NCBI GenBank assembly: GCA_964649185.1
Contig: CAZYOO010000001.1
Location: 34,465-98,464 of the forward strand
Origin: an uncultured Dehalococcoidales bacterium
GTDB taxonomy: Bacteria > Chloroflexota > Dehalococcoidia > E44-bin15
Direction of reading: 5' to 3'
Length of the DNA: 64,000 nt
Shown piece by piece: positions 19,815 through 27,319 of the stretch. Position numbers and translations under genes: made by a program. Positions within the stretch are counted from its first letter, which is position 1, and each line of letters begins with the position of its first letter. The notes beneath the pieces were generated by a model, which did not search any database, was not told the DNA's origin, and saw nothing but the letters and a program-made list of their open reading frames with translations.

Positions 19815-20085
19815 CTTAATCACCCCTTGACTAAAAAGCATAGGCACGTATTCTGTCTGCGATAGTGCTGGTGCCTATAAAACTATTTCAGTGCTGCCTT
19901 TCACCTCACATATTAAAAAGTTCATTTATTAGACACAATAACCCAAACTGCCTATTTCAGCAGAATTAGTTATTATAACACATGAAGTCAAGTCTGTCTA
20001 CCCCCACATGCATCCCTCACTCATCTCGCCTCTGATCAACATATCCATATCGACACATATCGAGTCCTTGGATCGGTGGTACCCC

Positions 20086-20589
20086 CTATCGATACCTCTT
20101 GACCTCAAAGCGGTATAGCTTTACCGGCTCATCTGCCGAGATACCTGCCTTGGCACGGCATATCTCGATCTGCTTGGCCACAGTATCCACTCCCTCGAGG
20201 TCGGGAAGCAACAGTCCCCTTCTGCCGACGCTCTCCACGATCACACCGTATCGTTTGGGGTCCAGCCCCCCTATATCGGTTACCGGCTCCGGCCTCGACA
20301 GCACATCGACGCTGTATTCCAGGTCTTTCAATTCATCGTGTGATACCGCCGGGAAACGCGGGTCCCGGGTCGCCGAGCTGATTGCATTGGCAACGATCTC
20401 TTGTGCCACGTTCTCCCTGGCCGGCTCGAAGGTGCCGATGCACCCCCGCAGCATGCCTCCAATCTTCAGCGACACGAATACACCGGCACGCTCCTCCATC
20501 TCCAGCGTAAAGCCCGCAGGCTCAGGTATCTTTCCATCCCTTATATAGCCCTCGATCGTATCCTTCGCCAGCTTAACCAGCGGATGCAT
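20086..20589 (-). CDS. AMMECR1 domain protein (AmmeMemoRadiSam system protein A)
   Basis: 167 aa with the LRGCIGT motif. It is the last gene of a tight three-gene operon. Confidence 0.8.
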   Translation of the reverse strand: MHPLVKLAKDTIEGYIRDGKIPEPAGFTLEMEERAGVFVSLKIGGMLRGCIGTFEPARENVAQEIVANAISSATRDPRFPAVSHDELKDLEYSVDVLSRPEPVTDIGGLDPKRYGVIVESVGRRGLLLPDLEGVDTVAKQIEICRAKAGISADEPVKLYRFEVKRYR

Positions 20590-20593
20590 AGCA

Positions 20594-21403
20594 TCACCCC
20601 CTCTTTATCAGAATGCCGGCATAGCCTACCACGCTGTAGTGGTCACCGGTCACATCGCCGCTTGTCTGATGGCTCACCAGTTCAGCCCCGGTCGCACCCA
20701 TCTGCTTGCAGGCAGATAGCATCACCACCGTAGGGCCATAGCCGCACATCGATATCCTGAATTCGGCGACCCTTCTGATCAGCTCATCCTCATCCAGCCC
20801 CAGTATCGCCTCTATGGCCATATTATCCTTTTCGCTGGCTATATGCTGCGGCTCGTAGTGATTCATATCGCTGCTGGCCATGATCACCGCTTCACGCCCC
20901 AACGCCTTGCAGGCCTCTGCGATACCCTTCCCTATCTCTTTGTAGATATCGCCCGTGCCCTGGGCAAGCACGATGGGAACTATCTTCACGTCTTGCTTGA
21001 AATACTGCAGGAACGGCAGCTGTACCTCGATGGAATGCTCATCCAGATGTGCTACACGGTCCTCTTCCAGAGGGGGAGCCGCCTCCATTATGGCTGTTGC
21101 CAGATCAGAGTCTATCTCTACATCGCCCAGGGGTGTTTGCCATACCCCTTCCGCCATTATGCTGAACGGCCGGCCCATCCCGGTATGGTTGGGGCCCATA
21201 ATAACGACAGTATCCTTTAACAGCACGCGTGAGATAACGGCTCCGGCCACGTGGCCGGAGTACATGTAGCCGGCGTGCGGGGACACCAGGCCGGCTACAT
21301 CCTCTTTAACCGCCCCTTTATCGATCAAATCCTCGATCTTCTGCCTCAACAGGGGGGCAGTGCCGGGATAGAACATACCGGCTACGACGGGCTTCCGTAT
21401 CAT
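20594..21403 (-). CDS. MEMO1-family protein (AmmeMemoRadiSam system protein B)
   Basis: [14 protein letters not shown]…[10 protein letters not shown]… The ATG at 21401-21403 forms an ATGA overlap with the upstream stop. Confidence 0.8.
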   Translation of the reverse strand: MIRKPVVAGMFYPGTAPLLRQKIEDLIDKGAVKEDVAGLVSPHAGYMYSGHVAGAVISRVLLKDTVVIMGPNHTGMGRPFSIMAEGVWQTPLGDVEIDSDLATAIMEAAPPLEEDRVAHLDEHSIEVQLPFLQYFKQDVKIVPIVLAQGTGDIYKEIGKGIAEACKALGREAVIMASSDMNHYEPQHIASEKDNMAIEAILGLDEDELIRRVAEFRISMCGYGPTVVMLSACKQMGATGAELVSHQTSGDVTGDHYSVVGYAGILIKRG

Positions 21404-22431
21404 GTGCCACCCCTCGTGGTGGCGATATTGAGGTCGGCGCCGCAAAAGCCGCACCTTGAACCCTTGATGCCGGCGATATCGATGCTGTACCCCACCCTGC
21501 CGATAACCTTATGGCCGCAAGAATAGCAGACGGTGTTCTCTCCATTGTGCCCGGGGACGTTACCGGTATAGACGAACTTCAGCCCCGCTTGCTTGCCTAT
21601 ATTGTAGGCATGCTCAAGCATCGACACCGGGGTCGGCGGTATATGCTGCATCTCATGCTGGGGATAGAACCGGGTGACGTGCCACGGCGTCAACTCGCTC
21701 AGCCTCTCACGGATCCAGGTTGCCAGACCCTCGAGTTGCTCATCGTCATCGTTCATCGAGGGCATGATGTTGGTCACCACTTCCACATGCATCCCCCATT
21801 TGTGCATTGCCCGCTCGGTCATATCCAGTATACCGCGCCAATGCGCTATCCGGGCCAGGTCGCGGTACAGTTCGTCGGAGAAGCCCTTAACATCCACACA
21901 GTAACCGTCGAGGTAGGGGCCGATCATGTCCAGGGCTTCCTGCGATAGATATCCGTTGGTCACGTATACCGTATAAAGGTTATGCTTTTTGGCCAGCTTA
22001 GCCGATTCGAGGGTGTACTCGAACCAGACGGCCGGCTCATTATATGTCCATGCGATGCCCTGACAGCCCTCACGCTTTGCCAGTTCCACGGCATCCTCAG
22101 CAGGGATCACGCGTGACTCCCGTTCGATTGCGGAGACGTCGGTGCAGGCGATCTGCCAGTTCTGACATCCCCTGCAGTGGAAATTGCAGCCCCACGTCCC
22201 CATAGAGAATACACGGCTGCTGGGGTGGAAATGGAACAGCGGCTTCTTCTCGATGGGGTCAACCGCAATTGAGGACACCTCGGCGTAGTTCAGCGAATGC
22301 AGTACTCCATCGACGTTACGGTACATACTGCATACCCCGGACTTACCCGGTGCAATCTTGCAGCGCCACTGGCAGGTGTTGCACTGCACCTTGGAGCCAG
22401 CGAGCTTCTGATAGAGCAGTGCCTCTCTCAT
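21400..22431 (-). CDS. AmmeMemoRadiSam system radical SAM enzyme
   Basis: 343 aa with the CNFHCRGC radical-SAM cluster motif and an N-terminal C-x2-C-x3-C motif. It sits immediately upstream of the Memo-like gene. Confidence 0.8.
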   Translation of the reverse strand: MREALLYQKLAGSKVQCNTCQWRCKIAPGKSGVCSMYRNVDGVLHSLNYAEVSSIAVDPIEKKPLFHFHPSSRVFSMGTWGCNFHCRGCQNWQIACTDVSAIERESRVIPAEDAVELAKREGCQGIAWTYNEPAVWFEYTLESAKLAKKHNLYTVYVTNGYLSQEALDMIGPYLDGYCVDVKGFSDELYRDLARIAHWRGILDMTERAMHKWGMHVEVVTNIMPSMNDDDEQLEGLATWIRERLSELTPWHVTRFYPQHEMQHIPPTPVSMLEHAYNIGKQAGLKFVYTGNVPGHNGENTVCYSCGHKVIGRVGYSIDIAGIKGSRCGFCGADLNIATTRGGT

Positions 22432-22560
22432 TGCCAGCTATCTCCCACAACCCCATTCTAGCACATTCGCCGTTAGGCGCAACCCCGCACCCGCTTGACT
22501 GCCGATAACCCGAATTGCTAGACTGGATTAGCGGTATACATACTTGCAAAGCTCAGTGAC

Positions 22561-23166
22561 ATGCTAGTGATAGGGCTAACCGGCGGCATCCTCACCGGGA
22601 AGAGCACTGTATCCGGGATGCTCGCCGAGCGAGGGGCTGTTGTAATCGATGCCGACAGGATCGGCCATGAGGTCTACAGGCCGCATACCGATGTCTGGAC
22701 AGAGATGGTCGATGCCTTCGGTGAATGGATCCTCAAACAAGACGGGGAGATAGACCGCAGCAGGCTCGGCGATATCGTCTTCCACGACCCCCTGGCCCTA
22801 ACCCTGCTCAACCAGATCGTACACCCCCGCATGAGGGAGGTAATAGAGAAGGAGCTCAGTCGGTTGAGGAGAGGGGATGTCCCGGTGGTGGTACTGGAGG
22901 CCGCCGTGCTGATAGAGGCGAAGTGGACCGATCTCGTTGACCAGATATGGGTTACCATCGCCCCCGAAGAGAAGGTCATCGACCGCCTGCAGAACCGTAT
23001 CGGGCTGAGCGAGGAGCAGGCGCGGGCGCGTATCGCCGCCCAGCTCCCCACTGCAGAGAAGATCAAGCATGCAGACGTGGTGATCGATACCGATTGCGAC
23101 CTTGCCGATCTCGGCATAAAGGTGCTGGGCTTGTGGGAGGAGATCGTGGAAGGGAAACCCCGTTGA
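22561..23166 (+). CDS. coaE: Dephospho-CoA kinase
   Basis: MLVIGLTGGILTGKSTV…, 201 aa. Confidence 0.85.
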   Translation: MLVIGLTGGILTGKSTVSGMLAERGAVVIDADRIGHEVYRPHTDVWTEMVDAFGEWILKQDGEIDRSRLGDIVFHDPLALTLLNQIVHPRMREVIEKELSRLRRGDVPVVVLEAAVLIEAKWTDLVDQIWVTIAPEEKVIDRLQNRIGLSEEQARARIAAQLPTAEKIKHADVVIDTDCDLADLGIKVLGLWEEIVEGKPR

Positions 23167-23180
23167 ACACCGTCGACCAG

Positions 23181-24584
23181 ATGAAACTCTTCATGGAGCC
23201 GCAATCGGTGGCACTGGTGGGGCTCACCAGGGAGACCGGCTTCACCAGCTGGAACGCGCTGGAGCACCTGCTGCGCTACGGGTATGAGGGCAAACTGTAC
23301 CCCATCAATCCTGCAGCCGAGGAGATACTGGGGGTGAAGTGTTACCCCAGAGTGAAGGATATCCCCGGTGAAGTGGACCTCGCGGTGATACTGGTGCCGC
23401 CAGCCAGTTCCATCGGCCTGGTCAGGGAGTGTACAGAGAAGGGCATAAGGGCGATAATAGTGGTGGGACAGGGGCTTGCCGACGGGGACGATGAGGGCAG
23501 CAGGCTGCAGCGAGAGATCATCCGCGTCGCCAACGACGGCGGCGCCCGTGTCCTCGGCCCCAACACGTTCGGTGCGGGCAACGCGTTCCGCAATTTCAAC
23601 TCGGCGTTTGTACCGATGGACATGCATCGCATACCCATCGGCGTCATCTGTCAGACGGGCATGTTCATGAGCGGCCTGCCCGATTTCCCGATGGTGGGCA
23701 AGGGCATCGATCTGGGGAACACCGGTGACATCGACTTCTCAGATGGTCTGGAGTATTTCGAGGATGACCCCGAGGTCAAGGTGATCCTGATGTACATCGA
23801 GGGCATAAACGATGGACGCCGCTTTCTGAATGTGGCCCGCCGCGTAGCCCACAAAAAGCCGATCATCGCCCTCAAAGGGGGCAGGTCAGAGGGCACCGCC
23901 CATGTCACCCGCTCACACACCGGCAACCTGGCGGGGAGGGACGAGGTTTACGCCGCTGCCTTCAAACAGTGCGGGGTGATCCAGGCCAACGGGGAAGAGG
24001 AGTTCAACGACCTCTCCAAGGCATTCATCAACCTGCCCCTCATGCGAGGCAGAGATGTGGGCATCATCACTATCACCGGCGGAGGTGGTATCCTGGCTGC
24101 CGATGCATGCTATCGCCACGGGCTGCGCCTGGCGGAGCTGTCTCCTGAAAGTATCGAGAGGATGAAGGCCATCGCCCCGGAGTGGCAGTCCTTCGCTAAC
24201 CCGGCCGATATCTGGCCGCCGTCACGCATCGCCGGGCACCCGCTGGGGGAGGTGCTTCACACCGCCATTGATTCGATGCTGGCCGACAGCAATATAGATG
24301 GCCTGCTGGTTATCATGCCGGGGACAACACCCACAGATGTGGAGGCTGACCCTCCGGATGCCCATATGTCGCTCATCGGCACGCTGGTCGAGGCGTTCAA
24401 GCTGACGCAGAGATATGATAAACCTGCTGTCCTTTGGTGCTACGGCACCGATACAGCGGCAACGGTATCACTGATAGAGAAATCGGGCAGGATATTGTAT
24501 TACCCCACTATGGATCGGGCGGCAAATGTGCTCGCCAGATTAAACGAGCGCTATCAGTTTCTGAACTGCAGGGATGATGGATAG
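23181..24584 (+). CDS. CoA-binding protein, acetyl-CoA synthetase (ADP-forming) alpha-like (NDP-forming acyl-CoA synthetase family)
   Basis: MKLFMEPQSVALVGLTRETGF… carries CoA_binding and succinyl-CoA-ligase-like domains. The true start is ATG 23181; the track's upstream extension overlaps coaE. Confidence 0.55.
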   Translation: MKLFMEPQSVALVGLTRETGFTSWNALEHLLRYGYEGKLYPINPAAEEILGVKCYPRVKDIPGEVDLAVILVPPASSIGLVRECTEKGIRAIIVVGQGLADGDDEGSRLQREIIRVANDGGARVLGPNTFGAGNAFRNFNSAFVPMDMHRIPIGVICQTGMFMSGLPDFPMVGKGIDLGNTGDIDFSDGLEYFEDDPEVKVILMYIEGINDGRRFLNVARRVAHKKPIIALKGGRSEGTAHVTRSHTGNLAGRDEVYAAAFKQCGVIQANGEEEFNDLSKAFINLPLMRGRDVGIITITGGGGILAADACYRHGLRLAELSPESIERMKAIAPEWQSFANPADIWPPSRIAGHPLGEVLHTAIDSMLADSNIDGLLVIMPGTTPTDVEADPPDAHMSLIGTLVEAFKLTQRYDKPAVLWCYGTDTAATVSLIEKSGRILYYPTMDRAANVLARLNERYQFLNCRDDG

Positions 24585-25185
24585 ACAGCCGCAATGGCAA
24601 AACCCGGATACGTTCATCGAAAATGTTCGAGAGTCCCTTGCACAACACGATAAGCAGACCTTGATATTACGCGATGTGCCCTTATCCCCTGCTGCTGTCC
24701 TCGTTCCCATTTTCGAGAAGGATGGGGAATTCCATATATTGCTTACCAAACGCACCGAGATGCTCGAGTATCACAAGGGCCAGATATGTTTCCCCGGTGG
24801 CGGGCGGCACGAAACAGATCGTGACCTGAGAGACACCGCACTGCGGGAGACATTCGAAGAGGTCGGTGTGAGGCCGGAGGACGTGCGCATACTGGGGGAG
24901 CTGGACAGCATGGGCACCTTTACCAGCAACTTCCTGATCACGCCTTATGTAGGGGTAATCCCGTACCCGTACGAATTCAAGGTCAGCGTCGACGAAATCG
25001 AATCGCTGATCCAGGTTCCCGTCTCGGAGCTGCTCGACGAGAACAACTATAGGGAAGAAGTGTACGACCTGGATGGTTCAATCATGACCGGGTTCGTTTT
25101 CGACTATCGGGGCGAAGTTATCTGGGGGGCCACGGCCAGGATCTTGAGACAGCTTATCGAGCTCGCTTTCAAGGGGAGTACCTGA
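24574..25185 (+). CDS. NUDIX hydrolase, CoA pyrophosphatase (NudL-like)
   Basis: A NUDIX box GGRHETDRDLRDTALRETFEEVGV, plus LLTKRT and a FPGG context typical of CoA pyrophosphatases. Confidence 0.7.
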   Translation: MMDRQPQWQNPDTFIENVRESLAQHDKQTLILRDVPLSPAAVLVPIFEKDGEFHILLTKRTEMLEYHKGQICFPGGGRHETDRDLRDTALRETFEEVGVRPEDVRILGELDSMGTFTSNFLITPYVGVIPYPYEFKVSVDEIESLIQVPVSELLDENNYREEVYDLDGSIMTGFVFDYRGEVIWGATARILRQLIELAFKGST

Positions 25186-25199
25186 TTGGCAAATAGAAA

Positions 25200-25223
25200 G
25201 AGAGTGGATCCCGGTCCACTCTC
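25200..25223 (-). terminator. Intrinsic terminator hairpin (9-bp stem GAGAGTGGA/TCCACTCTC, 6-nt loop) between the convergent NUDIX and hsp20 genes. A T-rich tract follows on the minus strand.
   Basis: Seen directly; CTTTCTATTT follows the stem on the minus strand. Confidence 0.55.
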
Positions 25224-25246
25224 CTCTAATCATCAAGCGACAGGCT

Positions 25247-25786
25247 CTATTCGCTCTTGGCGGGCGGGGCCTTTTTGTTGGGCTTGGACGCCTTCTTAGC
25301 CTTCGGCGCCTTGGGCTTCTTCGCTCCACCCTCTATGGCCTTCTTCGCCTTGATCTCCACCTTCTTGGGCTTCTCCACCTCAGTCTTTGGAATGGTCAGG
25401 GTGAGGACGCCGTCCTCGAAGGTGGCCTCTGCCTTATCGCCCCTGATTGCCTGAGGCAGGGTGATGGCCCGGTAGTAGCTGCCGTAGTGGCACTCCCGGC
25501 ACAGGTAGTCCTCCTCCTCCGATTTCTCTTCCTGTTTGGTCTCGCCCTTGATGGTCAACGTGTTCCCCGAGATCTTGATGTCCACATCCTCGGGGTTGAC
25601 ACCGGGCAGTGCGGCCTTCACCACCACCTCTTTAGCCGTCTGATACATGTCCAGCGAAGGCTGCGCCAATTCGCTCCATTCCATCAGAGGCCTCGAAGGA
25701 CGTACATAACCGCCCTCCAGCAGACGATCCATGGCCTGCCGCATCCCCACCAGCTCCCGGAACGGATCCCAGCGTATCAGGTTCAT
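25247..25786 (-). CDS. Hsp20/alpha-crystallin small heat-shock protein with a Lys/Ala/Pro-rich C-terminal tail
   Basis: ACD core (…DVDIKISGNTLTIKGE…ATFEDGVLTLTIPK) plus a tail KPKKVEIKAKKAIEGGAKKPKAPKAKKASKPNKKAPPAKSE. Confidence 0.85.
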   Translation of the reverse strand: MNLIRWDPFRELVGMRQAMDRLLEGGYVRPSRPLMEWSELAQPSLDMYQTAKEVVVKAALPGVNPEDVDIKISGNTLTIKGETKQEEKSEEEDYLCRECHYGSYYRAITLPQAIRGDKAEATFEDGVLTLTIPKTEVEKPKKVEIKAKKAIEGGAKKPKAPKAKKASKPNKKAPPAKSE

Positions 25787-25816
25787 TCCTTATCACCTCC
25801 TTCCTTAACCTGGATT

Positions 25817-25845
25817 AATATAACATAATAACACCAATTTGTCAA
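25817..25845 (-). promoter_or_regulatory. Near-consensus σ70-type promoter for hsp20 (-35 TTGACA, 17 nt spacer, -10 TATATT); GGAGGT RBS
   Basis: Minus strand TCTTGACAaattggtgttattatgtTATATT…GGAGGTgataaggaATG. Confidence 0.55.
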
Positions 25846-25852
25846 GACTTAT

Positions 25853-25867
25853 TATCAGCCTATGATA
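25853..25867. promoter_or_regulatory. Inverted repeat TATCA-N5-TGATA between the divergent -35 boxes; candidate operator
   Basis: TATCAGCCTATGATA. The two -35 hexamers (TTGTCAA / TTGACAA) themselves form a larger inverted repeat. Confidence 0.3.
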
Positions 25868-25876
25868 GGTATACTA

Positions 25877-25906
25877 TTGACAATGATGTAATATATACCT
25901 TATAAT
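25877..25906 (+). promoter_or_regulatory. Consensus σ70-type promoter (TTGACA-N18-TATAAT) for the J-protein/hspR/clp operon
   Basis: TTGACAatgatgtaatatataccTTATAATggttg seen directly. Confidence 0.6.
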
Positions 25907-25927
25907 GGTTGTAGTTGGGTGACTGAT

Positions 25928-26875
25928 ATGGCAGTTAAAAATTTTTACGACGTGCTGGGAGTCAGTAAATCGGCCTCTGATAAGGATATAAAGCAGGCCT
26001 ATCGCAGGCTGGCTCGTAAGCACCACCCCGACGTTAATCCGGGGGATAAATCGGCGGATGCGAGGTTCAAGGATATCAATACCGCCTACGAGGTCCTCTC
26101 CGATCCCAAGAAGAGGAAGGCCTATGACAAGTACGGGGATAACTGGCCCTACGCCGACCAGCTCGACGCACAGCAGCAGGGGCCTTTCGGCGGCTTCTCC
26201 GGTTTCTCCGATTCCGCCAAACATTCAGGCCAGAGGCAGGGCACACGGGTGCAATTCGTCGATTTCGGTGACCTGGGTGACTACAGTGACCTAAGCGATA
26301 TCTTCACCACCTTCGCCCGTGGCGCCGGCGCCAGGGCTGCACCCGAGAGGCCACGCCGTGGCAGGAATGTTGAATACCCCACCGAGGTAACGCTGGAGGA
26401 GGCGTACCACGGCACCACCAGGGTTGTTGAGGATGTGCTGGCGCACCGCCTGGAGGTCAAGGTGCCTCCGGGTGTCAAGGATGGCTCACGCGTAAAGGTC
26501 AGCGGAAAGGGCGAGCCCGGCCCGGGGGAAGGGCCGCGGGGGGACCTGTACCTCGTAGTATCGGTGAGGCCGCATTCCGTCTTCGAGCGCAAGGGGAACG
26601 ATATCTATGTCGATGTCTCGGTTCCCCTAGCCGACGCCGTGCTCGGCGGAGAGGCCAGCGTCCCGACGCTGAAGGGGAAGAAGCTCTCCCTCAAGGTACC
26701 GCCGGAGACGCAGAACGGGAGGGCGTTCCGTTTGAAGCAGCAGGGGATGCCGGTTATGGGGGATACCGCCAAGGGAGACCTGATCGCCAGGATAAAGGTG
26801 GTGATACCGGAGAACCTTACACAGCGCGAGAAAGAGCTTTTCGAGGAGTTACGGAGGCTGCGGCCCAATGGATAA
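25928..26875 (+). CDS. DnaJ-class co-chaperone with a J domain and DnaJ C-terminal domain but no zinc finger (CbpA-like)
   Basis: [33 protein letters not shown] has the HPD motif. ATG 25928 is preferred because it lies downstream of the predicted TSS. Confidence 0.8.
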   Translation: MAVKNFYDVLGVSKSASDKDIKQAYRRLARKHHPDVNPGDKSADARFKDINTAYEVLSDPKKRKAYDKYGDNWPYADQLDAQQQGPFGGFSGFSDSAKHSGQRQGTRVQFVDFGDLGDYSDLSDIFTTFARGAGARAAPERPRRGRNVEYPTEVTLEEAYHGTTRVVEDVLAHRLEVKVPPGVKDGSRVKVSGKGEPGPGEGPRGDLYLVVSVRPHSVFERKGNDIYVDVSVPLADAVLGGEASVPTLKGKKLSLKVPPETQNGRAFRLKQQGMPVMGDTAKGDLIARIKVVIPENLTQREKELFEELRRLRPNG

Positions 26876-26889
26876 TCGGTTGAGGCGAG

Positions 26890-27267
26890 GTGAAAGAAAT
26901 GAACATAGGCAATTCTGAACCCTGCTATGTGATCAGTGTGGTGGCCAGGATGCTCGGCGTGCATGCACAGACCCTGCGCTATTACGAGAAGGCGGGGCTG
27001 ATCGAGCCGTCTCGTTCCAAGGGCAGGGTGCGCCTGTACTCCAACAGGGATATCGAGAGGCTGCGCCAGGTGAGGACGCTGATGAACGACCTGGGGGTCA
27101 ATCTCGCCGGCGTGGAGGTAATCCTGCGTTTGACCGAGCGCATCGAATTGCTCGAACAGCAGATGGCGGAGACCGAGCGCGAGATAGAGCGCCTGCGGGA
27201 GGCTGGCCTGTGGCCCAAGAGGATGCTGCCGCCGAGCAGGCGCCGCCCTCAAACGGGGAGGAAGTAA
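26890..27267 (+). CDS. hspR: MerR-family heat-shock repressor HspR-like
   Basis: 125 aa. VISVVARMLGVHAQTLRYYEKAGLIEPSRSKGRVRLYSNRDIERLRQVRTLMNDLGVNLAGVEVIL is an HspR-type HTH plus coiled coil. Confidence 0.75.
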   Translation: MKEMNIGNSEPCYVISVVARMLGVHAQTLRYYEKAGLIEPSRSKGRVRLYSNRDIERLRQVRTLMNDLGVNLAGVEVILRLTERIELLEQQMAETEREIERLREAGLWPKRMLPPSRRRPQTGRK

Positions 27268-27319
27268 CAATAATTAAACGATTGATGATATGGCGAGATA
27301 TGATTGCACAGGGAGTTGA

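Noticed and set aside
20060-20085. T-box-like GGTGGTACC motif
   Set aside because: The conserved GCG is absent, and the motif is not upstream of an aminoacyl-tRNA synthetase or amino-acid gene on that strand.
22947-23180. N-terminal extensions proposed by the ORF track for the CoA-binding protein (22947), the NMO-like gene (37332), the macro domain (54032), thiolase 2 (59486), the Memo-like gene (21454) and lspA (17760)
   Set aside because: The extensions overlap upstream genes or are Arg-rich nonsense. Internal ATGs with good SD sequences and family-typical N-termini were chosen instead.
25787-25927. Canonical HAIR (CTTGAGT-N7-ACTCAAG), CIRCE or CtsR operators in the heat-shock promoter region
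   Set aside because: None matched on inspection; only the TTGTCAA/TTGACAA and TATCA-N5-TGATA repeats are present.
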